Below are positions 9,044 to 18,392 of a DNA stretch of 64,000 bases, piece by piece. This DNA is from an uncultured Pelagibacteraceae bacterium (GTDB lineage: Bacteria; Pseudomonadota; Alphaproteobacteria; Pelagibacterales; AG-422-B15). Each line of letters starts with the position of its first letter. Positions within the stretch are counted from its first letter, which is position 1. The notes below the pieces were generated by a model, which was not told the origin of the DNA, did no database searches, and saw only the letters and a list, made by a program, of their open reading frames with translations. The stretch spans positions 15,297 to 79,296 of the forward strand of contig CABYSM010000003.1 in the NCBI GenBank assembly GCA_902521655.1, given 5' to 3'. A program made the translations under genes and the position numbers.

Positions 9044-10672
9044 ATGCCAAAAAATACTCATGATGTAATTGTTGTTGGAGCGGGCCATAACGGGCTTACT
9101 GCAGCTAGTTATATGGCTAAAGCAGGATTAGATGTCGTTGTCCTAGAAAAAAATGATTGGATTGGCGGCGCGGCAGTAAGTCGAGAGCTTTACCCAGGAT
9201 GGAAATATTCAAATTGTTCTTATGTATGTAGTTTATTAAGGCCAGAGATCATGCGGGACTTAGAGCTTTATAAGTATGGGCTACAAATTATCCCATACGA
9301 AGGCAGTGCCACGATGATGAAAAATGGAGATTATTACACTCATTACCATGATCATGACATGACTATAAATTCTATAAGGCGTCATTCTCATAAAGACGCA
9401 GAAGCATATGAAAGATACAGCCGAGACGTTCTTAGACAATGTAAAATTATTAAGCCTCTACTAAAAATGACACCGCCTGACTTAACATCATTTAAACCAA
9501 AAGATTTATTTGGTGCCCTCGAGTTTGCGAAACATTTTGCTGCAAAAGATGAACTAGATGGTCTTGGAGAAAAAGAGATTTATGAAACTATTCGTTTCTA
9601 TACGATGAGTATTAGAGATTACTTAGAGGAATATTTTGAAAGTGAAATAACTAAAGCCCATCTTGCTGGCAGTGCAATCATAGGCACAGCTTTGGGTCCA
9701 TGTTCGCCAGGATCAGCTTATGTGTTGCTGCACCATTATATGGGTGAAGTTGATGGATCAGTTGGCTCATGGGGCTATGCAAGAGGTGGCATGGGATCTA
9801 TTACTCAAGCAATGATGGGTTGTTTAAAAGACCATGGTGGTGAAGTAAAGCCTAGCAGCGAAGTAACTAACGTTATTACAAAAAATGGAAAAGCAATTGG
9901 GGTCGCAACACAAAATGGTGATGAATATTACGCAAAGAAAATTGTATCCAATCTTGATGTCAAACGAACATTTCTAAAGATTACTGAGGAGAAGGATCTT
10001 CCTGATGATTTTGTGAGAAGCGTGAAAAATTTCAAGATAAGGGGGTCATCTGGTAAATTAAATATTGCATTAGATGCATTACCAGATTTTCCATGCATAC
10101 CTGAAGGCGATCCAGGGGGTGGTGGAGACATGCACTTCACAGAAACAATTGAAGAGATGGAAGGCGCTTATGACGATTGGAAAAGGGGAGAATGGTCACG
10201 AAATCCTTATGTAGATATGTGTATTCCATCCAAAAGTGATCCGACAATGGCTGAGCCTGGTAAGCATTATATGTCTGTATTTATTCAGTATGTACCATTC
10301 AACCTCGCAAATGGCGGATGGAATGAAGAGAGAAAGCAAGAGTTTGGAAGACATATTGTTGATTGTATTTCAGAGTTTTCACCTAACTTTAAAGACTTAA
10401 TTAATCATTATGAGGTTCGTACACCACTAGAATTGGAAAACGAGGTTGGTCTGACAGAGGGTAATATTTTTCAAGGAGAGTTGACCATGGACCAATTAAT
10501 GTTCAATAGGCCAGTCCCAGGATATGCACAGTATCGGACTCCATTAAAAAATATGTATATATGCAGTTCTTCAACACATCCAGGCGGAGGTGTAATGGGT
10601 GCCCCAGGAGCTAACGCTGCTCGTGAAGTTTTACTAGACATGAACGTTCCACAAAAAGGAAATTATTATTAA
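9044..10672 (+). CDS. NAD(P)/FAD-dependent oxidoreductase, amine-oxidase / CrtI (phytoene desaturase) fold
   Basis: 542 aa with N-terminal dinucleotide fold VIVVGAGHNGLTAASYMAKAGLDVVVLEK and C-terminal HPGGGVMGAPG. Confidence 0.7.
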   Translation: MPKNTHDVIVVGAGHNGLTAASYMAKAGLDVVVLEKNDWIGGAAVSRELYPGWKYSNCSYVCSLLRPEIMRDLELYKYGLQIIPYEGSATMMKNGDYYTHYHDHDMTINSIRRHSHKDAEAYERYSRDVLRQCKIIKPLLKMTPPDLTSFKPKDLFGALEFAKHFAAKDELDGLGEKEIYETIRFYTMSIRDYLEEYFESEITKAHLAGSAIIGTALGPCSPGSAYVLLHHYMGEVDGSVGSWGYARGGMGSITQAMMGCLKDHGGEVKPSSEVTNVITKNGKAIGVATQNGDEYYAKKIVSNLDVKRTFLKITEEKDLPDDFVRSVKNFKIRGSSGKLNIALDALPDFPCIPEGDPGGGGDMHFTETIEEMEGAYDDWKRGEWSRNPYVDMCIPSKSDPTMAEPGKHYMSVFIQYVPFNLANGGWNEERKQEFGRHIVDCISEFSPNFKDLINHYEVRTPLELENEVGLTEGNIFQGELTMDQLMFNRPVPGYAQYRTPLKNMYICSSSTHPGGGVMGAPGANAAREVLLDMNVPQKGNYY

Positions 10673-12189
10673 TGTCTGACAATTCGAATTTTGATGCCAT
10701 CATAATCGGTGGAGGTCATAATGGATTGGTATGCGCAAATATCCTTGCTAGAAAAAATAAAAGAGTACTAATTTGTGAAGCACGAAAAGAGTGTGGTGGC
10801 ATGGTCAACAATGAAATCACAAACTATGTTCCTCCAGTAACAACAGCTGTTTCAAGTTCGTTAGGAGGTATGCAAGTAAATTATTTGCCAAAGACTACAA
10901 TCGCTTTATCTGAAACTGGGCAGCACATCCGACTAGTTGGCAATCAACACATTGACCATAAATCTATCTCAACATTTTCATCGCACGATGCTGACCGTTT
11001 TAATGATTTTCATGAGAAAATGTCAAAATTCTCAAAAACTCTGGGCTCCTTCATGATGGCATCACCTCCACGTATTATGAACAACAGCTTTTCTGACTAT
11101 TTTAAGCTCTTCAAGCTTGGATTAAATGTTAGGCTACTAGGAAAGAAAAATTTCAATGAGTTTGCCAGGATGATTGGTCTAAATATAGCTGATGAACTCG
11201 AAGATAATTTTGAAAATACATTACTTCAAGGGTTGATTGCACATGACTCAGTCATAGGGTCAAATTTAGGCCCACGTTCACCAGGCTCTCTCATAAACTT
11301 ATTATATAGAATGGCTATCCACAATAATTCATTATTTGGTGGCATATTTCAGATAGAGGGAGGCAACGATCAATTCACTAAACATCTAATTGAAAAATGT
11401 AAAAGCAATAATGTAGAAATAAAGACCTCAGCGTCTGTTAAAAATTGTATTGTTGAAGATGACTGTGCTGTAGGCGTTGAACTAATTAATGGTGAAAAGG
11501 TGTATGCTAAGAAAATTATTTCTAATGTAGATCCACGTTCAACATACTTTTCATTACTTGGCTCTCAAAACCTTGATACTGACGTAAAAAGGAAAATTAA
11601 GCATCATCGCTCCAAAGGACGAGTTGCTAAACTTATTTTAGATTTAAACAAGTTACCTAGTTTTAACAATTGTGATGATATTGATCTTGATAGCAGAATG
11701 GTTGTTGCTCCATCTATTGATTACATTGAAGAAACATTTAACCCTAGTAAGTTTGACAAGCTTTCACTAGAGCCAACACTTGAAATTTGTGTAAAGAAAG
11801 ACTCTGATCAAAATCCAAAATTAGACATTCAAGTTCAATATGCACCATATAAAACTGATCAAGGGTGGGAAAATGTAAAAGAAAATTATATTGAATCTAT
11901 AATCAAAATCATTAGTAAATATGCTCCCAATATTAATGAATGCATCGAGCATAAGAAATTAATAACCCCTGACGATATTGAATTAGAATATAATGTATCA
12001 GGTGGACACTGGCATCACGGCGAGATCCAAATTGATCAGCTTTTTATGATGCGCCCAATTCCAGGAGCCTCACAGTATAAAACGCATTTGGATGGTCTTT
12101 TTATGTGTGGCGCAGGAACACATCCAGGTGGTGGCTTAACCGGTATTTCAGGCAAAAATGCAGCCAAAGCAGTTTTGGACGATTTTTAA
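10672..12189 (+). CDS. NAD(P)/FAD-dependent oxidoreductase, amine-oxidase / CrtI fold (paralogue of 9044)
   Basis: 505 aa with IIIGGGHNGLVCANILA and C-terminal HPGGGLTGISG. Its start overlaps the upstream stop (TAATG at 10670-10674). Confidence 0.7.
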   Translation: MSDNSNFDAIIIGGGHNGLVCANILARKNKRVLICEARKECGGMVNNEITNYVPPVTTAVSSSLGGMQVNYLPKTTIALSETGQHIRLVGNQHIDHKSISTFSSHDADRFNDFHEKMSKFSKTLGSFMMASPPRIMNNSFSDYFKLFKLGLNVRLLGKKNFNEFARMIGLNIADELEDNFENTLLQGLIAHDSVIGSNLGPRSPGSLINLLYRMAIHNNSLFGGIFQIEGGNDQFTKHLIEKCKSNNVEIKTSASVKNCIVEDDCAVGVELINGEKVYAKKIISNVDPRSTYFSLLGSQNLDTDVKRKIKHHRSKGRVAKLILDLNKLPSFNNCDDIDLDSRMVVAPSIDYIEETFNPSKFDKLSLEPTLEICVKKDSDQNPKLDIQVQYAPYKTDQGWENVKENYIESIIKIISKYAPNINECIEHKKLITPDDIELEYNVSGGHWHHGEIQIDQLFMMRPIPGASQYKTHLDGLFMCGAGTHPGGGLTGISGKNAAKAVLDDF

Positions 12190-13389
12190 ATGACACAAGA
12201 TCTTAGATATTCAGCCTTAAAGAAGACACCTTTTCATTCCAGAACCAGTATGGCTTCTCGAACTAACAAATATTATAATTGGAATGGCTACACTGTACCC
12301 ACTGAATATTCAACAACCGAGCTAGAATATACAGCAGCAAGAAATGGTACATCAGTTATGGATCTTACCCCTATGGGCAAATATGAAATTACGGGTGATC
12401 ATGCGCATAGATTTGTTGATTACTTAGTTACCCGAGACCTATCAGAAATGAAGGACAATACAGTAGCTTACATCATCTGGTGCAATGAAGATGGAAAAGT
12501 GATTGACGATGGTACTATTTTTAAATTTTCTTCAACAAAATTTATGCTGTGCTGTGCTGTTAAAATATATAACTGGCTTAACGACTCAGCTTATGGCTTT
12601 GATGTTTCAATAAGCGATGTAACAGACACTATTGCAGCATTAGCAATTCAAGGGCCAACATCGTGCTCGACTTTAAAAAAATTTGGAGCAACTGATCTTG
12701 AAAAACTAAAACCTTTTGAAATGAGAGAATATAAAATTGATGGCTTTAATATTTTAATTTCACGCACAGGATTCACTGGTGATTTGGGTTACGAATTGTG
12801 GACTGATCCAAAAAATGCAGAAACTACATGGGACAATATTGAGATTGCTGGCAAGGAGCTAAAATTAAGACCTTTTGGAATGCATGCTCTCGAAATGACA
12901 AGAATTGAAGCTGGGTTTATTCAAACCAATACAGACTTTATGGCCGCAGAAGACTCATTAAGACCAACCAGAATGAGGTCACCTTATGAAATTGGAATGG
13001 GATGGCTCGTGCACTTAAACAAGAACTCATACTTCGTTGGAAAGAAAGCTCTTAAAAAAGAAAAAGAAGAAAACACTACTGAGAGATGTTTAGTAGGTTT
13101 GGATATAGATGGAGATAAGCCAGCACATGGTTCTGTGATCTATAACAGCAAAAAAGAAGACATTGGCATTGTAACTGCAGCTCTATGGTCTCCTATTATG
13201 AAAAAAAACATTGCACTGGCTTCACTCAAGAGACCTTACGGAATAAAAATAAAAGAAAATATATTTGCAGAAATTTATCACCCTGAAGAACTTGAGTACC
13301 GTAAGATATGGGCAAGATGCAAGGTAGTGAAAAGGCAATTTTTTAACCCTGAAAGAAGAAATAAAGTTCCTGCAGATCTATATGAATAG
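12190..13389 (+). CDS. GcvT-family aminomethyltransferase-like (folate-binding T-protein fold)
   Basis: 399 aa with typical T-protein stretches: TPFHSRT, AARNGTSVMDLTPMGKYEITG, ALAIQGP, ISRTGFTGDLGYELW and LRPFGMHALEMTRIEAG. Its ATG follows the upstream TAA directly. Confidence 0.75.
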   Translation: MTQDLRYSALKKTPFHSRTSMASRTNKYYNWNGYTVPTEYSTTELEYTAARNGTSVMDLTPMGKYEITGDHAHRFVDYLVTRDLSEMKDNTVAYIIWCNEDGKVIDDGTIFKFSSTKFMLCCAVKIYNWLNDSAYGFDVSISDVTDTIAALAIQGPTSCSTLKKFGATDLEKLKPFEMREYKIDGFNILISRTGFTGDLGYELWTDPKNAETTWDNIEIAGKELKLRPFGMHALEMTRIEAGFIQTNTDFMAAEDSLRPTRMRSPYEIGMGWLVHLNKNSYFVGKKALKKEKEENTTERCLVGLDIDGDKPAHGSVIYNSKKEDIGIVTAALWSPIMKKNIALASLKRPYGIKIKENIFAEIYHPEELEYRKIWARCKVVKRQFFNPERRNKVPADLYE

Positions 13390-13413
13390 CCAAAAAATAA
13401 GGATTATATAGTA

Positions 13414-13451
13414 ATTCAATTATTGAACAGCTGTTCAATTTAAGCTATAAT
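13414..13451 (+). promoter_or_regulatory. Candidate operator plus promoter: ATTCAAT-t-ATTGAACAGCTGTTCAAT overlapping TTGAAC-N17-TATAAT
   Basis: There is an 18-bp perfect palindrome at 13422-13439 and an extra half-site at 13414-13420. The -35-like TTGAAC is at 13423-13428 and the -10 TATAAT at 13446-13451. The ATG of the next gene is at 13457. Confidence 0.5.
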
Positions 13452-13456
13452 GATTC

Positions 13457-14860
13457 ATGCCTAAATCCACATCCCAGCCTCCTATAAAAGATTTAAAGAA
13501 TACCCTAGATGATCGAATTCTTCATCCATGGCAATACTTAGAATACAGAGGTGAAGATGATCGGACATTTATTGATAAGTCTGAGGGGATTTACCTTTAT
13601 GACAAAACAGGAAAAAAACTAATTGATGGACCTGGAGGCATGTGGAATGTCAATGTTGGTCATGGTGTTAAAGAAATTGCGGATGCAGTTTACAATCAAA
13701 TTACTAAAATGCCTTACGCAAGTCCGTTTACTGAATCAACAGAAATAGCTCACAATTATGCATCAAGACTTGTTCAATATGCACCTGGTGATTTAAAAAG
13801 GATTTTTTTTACTTCTGGTGGATCGTCTGCTGTGGACTCAGCATTACGATTTGTAATGTTCTATAATAATATTCTAGGCCGAAAAGAAAAAAAACAAATC
13901 ATATCAAGAAATGATGCTTACCACGGTAGCACATTTTTAGGAGCTTCTTGCTCAGGCAAAGAAAGAGATAAAAATAATTTTGATTTCGCAAGTAATATTG
14001 TTCACCATATTTCATCTCCTAATCCTTTTCGTAAACCTGATGATCTTACTGATGAAGAATTCTGTGATCTAAAGGTTCAAGAATTAGAAAACAAAATAAT
14101 TGAAATTGGCGCTGACAAGGTTGCTGCTTTTATAGCTGAGCCTATTTTAGCTTCAGGTGGTGTGATTGTCCCACCAAAAGGTTATCATAAGAAGACACAC
14201 GAAATTTGTAAGAGACATGATGTACTGTACATTTCAGACGAAATCGTTACTGGTTTTGGAAGACTTGGCCACATTTTTGCTTCAGAAAATTATTTTGATT
14301 TCACACCGGATATTATACTTCTCGCTAAGGGGATCACATCTGGATATGTGCCTTGCGGAGCTGTTGTTATATCAGAGCGATTGATGTCCAAATTAGATAA
14401 TAAAGAGAAAGTAATTTTTTCAAACGGTTTCACAGACTCAGGGCATCCTGTTAGCATGGCCGCCGCAACTGCAACTCTGGACTACATTGAAAAAACTCAC
14501 TTACTTGATCACGTAAAAGATGTTGGCCCTTATTTTCAAGCAAAATTGAGAGAGCTCACTGATTTACCAATTGTTGGTGAAGTTAGAGGTGAAGGTCTTA
14601 TGGCCGCAGTAGAATGTGTGGGTAATAAGGATAAAAAAGATCCACTGAATTTATCTTACGAGATTGGTTCTAGGATTAATGAGCATTGCCAGCAATTAGG
14701 TTTAATCGTACGACCATTATTTAGTACATGCGTCATGTCACCGTCATTAATTATCACGAAGGAACAAGTTGATGACCTTGTTTCTATTTTGCGTAAAGGC
14801 ATAGAGTTAGCAACAGATGATATCAAAAAAGAAGGTCTCTGGTCAGCAACTTCAAATTAA
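13457..14860 (+). CDS. Class-III PLP aminotransferase
   Basis: 467 aa with DAYHGSTFLGASCSG, DEIVTGFGRLGHIFAS and ILLAKGITSGYVPCG. Confidence 0.8.
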   Translation: MPKSTSQPPIKDLKNTLDDRILHPWQYLEYRGEDDRTFIDKSEGIYLYDKTGKKLIDGPGGMWNVNVGHGVKEIADAVYNQITKMPYASPFTESTEIAHNYASRLVQYAPGDLKRIFFTSGGSSAVDSALRFVMFYNNILGRKEKKQIISRNDAYHGSTFLGASCSGKERDKNNFDFASNIVHHISSPNPFRKPDDLTDEEFCDLKVQELENKIIEIGADKVAAFIAEPILASGGVIVPPKGYHKKTHEICKRHDVLYISDEIVTGFGRLGHIFASENYFDFTPDIILLAKGITSGYVPCGAVVISERLMSKLDNKEKVIFSNGFTDSGHPVSMAAATATLDYIEKTHLLDHVKDVGPYFQAKLRELTDLPIVGEVRGEGLMAAVECVGNKDKKDPLNLSYEIGSRINEHCQQLGLIVRPLFSTCVMSPSLIITKEQVDDLVSILRKGIELATDDIKKEGLWSATSN

Positions 14861-16098
14861 TGACCTTTTTTAATCAACTTAAAGAAAGATATGAAGAAGG
14901 AAAGACTCTTCCGCAAGAGTTTTATACTGACGAAGAAATATTTTCTGATGAAATGAAAAAAATTTATTTCAAGCAGTGGCTGATGGTTGATCATGTTAGC
15001 CGTATTCCAAATCCTGGAGATTATTTTTTATTTAATGCAGAAAAAGAGTCAATAATCCTAATACGTGGAAGGGATAGTCAAGTTAGAGCTTTTTACAACG
15101 TTTGTTCTCATCGTGGTTCAAGAATATGTTTGGAAGAAGAAGGAACAAAAAAACTGTTAGTTTGTCCATATCATGCTTGGAGTTTCTCCGCAGAAGGCGA
15201 GTTAAAGTCAGCACGCTACATGCCAGATGATTTTAAAATGGAAGATTGGGGTTTAAAGCCTTGTCATATGAATATCTATCAAGGCTTGATATTCATAAAT
15301 CTCTCAATGGATGAACCAATGGATTTCAATGAGTTTATTGCCCCATTGACTGAGCTTGTAAATTTTCATAATCCTGAAAAGGCAAAGATTGCTGCTAGAC
15401 GAAAATATCCTACGAAAGCTAATTTCAAACTTGTCCTAGAAAATTTCCAAGAATGCTATCACTGTGGTCCAGCACATCCAGAGCTATGCTCAGTACATGA
15501 AAAAGACTGGGTATACACAATGGGTGCCGGTGTTGGAACGGCCCCAGAAAAAGAAACACAAGAATATTTAAAAAAGATTCAACCATGGATTGAGGATTGC
15601 AAAACAAAAGGAATCCCCTCAAAAACATATTTAGAAACTGAAGAAGGATTAAGTAAGGGATTAAATCGATACGTAGACCGTACACCCATCGGTAATGGAA
15701 ATTTATCACAAACTAAAGATGGCAAACCAGCCTCTAAACTAATGGGTCAGTTTAAAGAATTTGATGGTGGTTTATCCCAAGTAAGTTTTAATCCTTTTAG
15801 CTGTTGTTACTTTACAAATGATTTTGGAGTTATGTTTATATTTAAACCATTATCAATTTTTCAGTCTGAAGTTGAATTGATTTGGTTAGTCAATGAGGAA
15901 GCTGAAGAAGGCAAAGATTTTAATGAAGAAAACCTTACTCACATATGGGACGTAACCACTGCACATGACACAACCATTATTGAAAATAATCAAAATGGTT
16001 TGTTGTCTCATTCATTTAGTCCTGGAGTACTCTCACAGAACGAGTCTGCCGTTACGTATTTTTATGATTGGTATTTTACCAATATGAGACTACCATGA
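14860..16098 (+). CDS. Rieske [2Fe-2S] non-haem-iron oxygenase, alpha-type subunit (GbcA/Stc2/CntA-like class)
   Basis: 412 aa. Rieske ligands are C82-S-H84 ... C102-P-Y-H105 (CSHRGSRIC...CPYHAWSF). The mononuclear-Fe motif is ENFQECYHCGPAH (H201-x4-H206). Its start overlaps the upstream stop (TAATG). Confidence 0.8.
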   Translation: MTFFNQLKERYEEGKTLPQEFYTDEEIFSDEMKKIYFKQWLMVDHVSRIPNPGDYFLFNAEKESIILIRGRDSQVRAFYNVCSHRGSRICLEEEGTKKLLVCPYHAWSFSAEGELKSARYMPDDFKMEDWGLKPCHMNIYQGLIFINLSMDEPMDFNEFIAPLTELVNFHNPEKAKIAARRKYPTKANFKLVLENFQECYHCGPAHPELCSVHEKDWVYTMGAGVGTAPEKETQEYLKKIQPWIEDCKTKGIPSKTYLETEEGLSKGLNRYVDRTPIGNGNLSQTKDGKPASKLMGQFKEFDGGLSQVSFNPFSCCYFTNDFGVMFIFKPLSIFQSEVELIWLVNEEAEEGKDFNEENLTHIWDVTTAHDTTIIENNQNGLLSHSFSPGVLSQNESAVTYFYDWYFTNMRLP

Positions 16099-16115
16099 TG
16101 TAGGACAAATTTCTT

Positions 16116-17471
16116 ATGAAACAGCTGTACAACAAGGATATTTACGACGTTAATAAACCAGTAGAAAGTTATTGGGAAGAGGTCAGCAGCATTGACCAAA
16201 ATAAGTATCCAGAATTAGTTGGAGATCAATCATGTGATGTATGTGTCATTGGAGGCGGTTTTACAGGCATTAGTACGGCTTATCATATTGCAAAAAATTA
16301 TGGTGGAGATGTAAGAGTGTTAGAATCTGGGCACTATGGTTTTGCAAGTAGTGCAAGGAATGCGGGTTTTTGCTGTCTACCAGCTACAAAGTTATCTACC
16401 ACACAATTAATAAAAAAGTTCGGTATGGAAGAGACTAAGAAATTTTTTTCATCTCAAATTGAAGGCGTTGATCTTCTTGCATCTATTATTTCAGAAAATA
16501 ATATTGATTGTGAAAAAGTAGGTGATGGCAACCTTGATGTAGCTCACCATCCAGGAAGCAGTGAAGAATTAAAAGAATGGGGAAATGAATTGAAAGAGTA
16601 TTTTGGTATTAATACAAAATGGATACCTAAAGAAGAATTTGATGAAGTTGGACATCAATCAACTGAACAATTTGGGGCAGTATTTACAGAGGCTGGATTT
16701 GCAATGAATCCCATGGCGTTTATGCGAGGCTTTGCATCAGCAACTGTAGATGCAGGTGCAAAATTACATAGTTTTTCAAGAGTAAAAAAATGGGAGAGAA
16801 ATGGGTCACATAAGCTAATAACAGATGGTGGATCAATTACTGCAAATAAAGTTGTAGTAGCAACAAATGGTTACACTGATGAGTCGCTCCATCCAAGTTT
16901 TGCTAATCGAATGATGCCAGTCCTATCAAATATTATTGTTACCAGAGAAATGAGTGATGATGAATTTAAGTTGCAAAACTACAAAACTTTAAATCCCATA
17001 TGTAATTCTAGAGAAATTTTATATTATTACAGAAGAATGCCTTCTAACAGAATGTTGTTTGGCACAAGAGGTGATACTTATGGTGATGATGCAAGTGCAC
17101 TAAAAATGAGAGAATTTATGACTCAAAAATTTAGAGGCGTTTTTCCTCATTGGAATAATATTGATATTGATCACTACTGGAGAGGTACAGTTGTTATGAC
17201 CAGAGATTTTGTACCTGCATTTGGCGCATTGGATGACGACAAGTCAGTCTTATTTTCATATGGCTATCAGGCAAATGGTAACAATACTACAGTTTATTGT
17301 GGAAAGAAGCTGGCTGAAATGATTTACGAGTCAAATAGTGGAGAAACGAATATATCAAAAGTCTATCAAGGACTCTCTCCAAAAATACCATTAGGTTTTT
17401 TAAGATTATGGTATTTAAGACTATATCTATGGTATTCAAACTTTACAGATAAAAGTAAAAAAGAAATATAA
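16116..17471 (+). CDS. FAD-dependent oxidoreductase, DAO family (PuuB-like gamma-glutamyl-amine oxidase type)
   Basis: 451 aa with the dinucleotide fold DVCVIGGGFTGISTAYHIAK. Length and layout fit PuuB/DadA-type flavoproteins. Confidence 0.65.
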   Translation: MKQLYNKDIYDVNKPVESYWEEVSSIDQNKYPELVGDQSCDVCVIGGGFTGISTAYHIAKNYGGDVRVLESGHYGFASSARNAGFCCLPATKLSTTQLIKKFGMEETKKFFSSQIEGVDLLASIISENNIDCEKVGDGNLDVAHHPGSSEELKEWGNELKEYFGINTKWIPKEEFDEVGHQSTEQFGAVFTEAGFAMNPMAFMRGFASATVDAGAKLHSFSRVKKWERNGSHKLITDGGSITANKVVVATNGYTDESLHPSFANRMMPVLSNIIVTREMSDDEFKLQNYKTLNPICNSREILYYYRRMPSNRMLFGTRGDTYGDDASALKMREFMTQKFRGVFPHWNNIDIDHYWRGTVVMTRDFVPAFGALDDDKSVLFSYGYQANGNNTTVYCGKKLAEMIYESNSGETNISKVYQGLSPKIPLGFLRLWYLRLYLWYSNFTDKSKKEI

Positions 17472-17507
17472 ATTGCATCTATTATTTATATAAATTAAAA
17501 TTTTCTA

Positions 17508-18392
17508 ATGTTACAAGTTTGGAAGTCTTTTTATGCAAGGAGTGATCCTGCAAAAGCTTATTCACTTCTTTCTCCTGCATTGATTCTAGTTACTTTAGCT
17601 ATGCTTATACCTTTAGGGCTAATGTTGAGTTTTAGCTTTTTCACTCAAGTTAGCTTTACTGAAATTGACTACTCTTTCACCATTCAAAGATATATTGATT
17701 TTTTTCAAAAGAACTTGCTTGTCTCTTTACTTATAAAATCAGTGAAGATTTCGTTTATCGTAACTTTCGTAACTCTCCTTACTGCATATCCTGTCTGTTA
17801 TTACATAGCTTTTTATGTAAAGAAAAATAAAATGTTATGGCTTGTTTTACTGACATTACCTTTCTGGACATCTTATCTTTTAAGGGTTTTTTCCTGGAAA
17901 ATTATACTTGGAACTAAGGGAGTTATTAATTCTTCTTTAATTAATGCAGGACTGCTTAGCGAACCTCTCACTTTTCTAATGTATTCTGAGACTGCAGTTA
18001 TCATAACGCTTACCCATGCATGGGCAGCATTTGCTTTATTACCTTTGTACGTATCATTGGATAAAATAGATTTTTCTCTAATTGAAGCCGCCAGAGACTT
18101 AGGATTGTCAAGATTAGAAACTTTTTGGAAAATTACACTTCCTTTATCTCTTCCTGGAATCATTGGTGCCATACTAATTATCTTTATTCCAACAGTAGGA
18201 GATTATGTTACTCCTGCTTTACTTGGAGGAACTGATGGGAGAATGCTATCAAATATGATCCAAGCTTACTTTGGAAAAGTAAACAATCTTCCTCTTGGTG
18301 CTGCGTCTGCAACCATTATGCTCATTACTGTTGCGATAGTGACAATGATCGTTTCATATACAACAAAAAAACTTACTCAAAGGATTTCTTAA
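17508..18392 (+). CDS. ABC transporter permease, PotB-like
   Basis: 294 aa with 6 TM segments and the EAA-loop region IEAARDLGLSRLETFWKITLP. Confidence 0.8.
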   Translation: MLQVWKSFYARSDPAKAYSLLSPALILVTLAMLIPLGLMLSFSFFTQVSFTEIDYSFTIQRYIDFFQKNLLVSLLIKSVKISFIVTFVTLLTAYPVCYYIAFYVKKNKMLWLVLLTLPFWTSYLLRVFSWKIILGTKGVINSSLINAGLLSEPLTFLMYSETAVIITLTHAWAAFALLPLYVSLDKIDFSLIEAARDLGLSRLETFWKITLPLSLPGIIGAILIIFIPTVGDYVTPALLGGTDGRMLSNMIQAYFGKVNNLPLGAASATIMLITVAIVTMIVSYTTKKLTQRIS

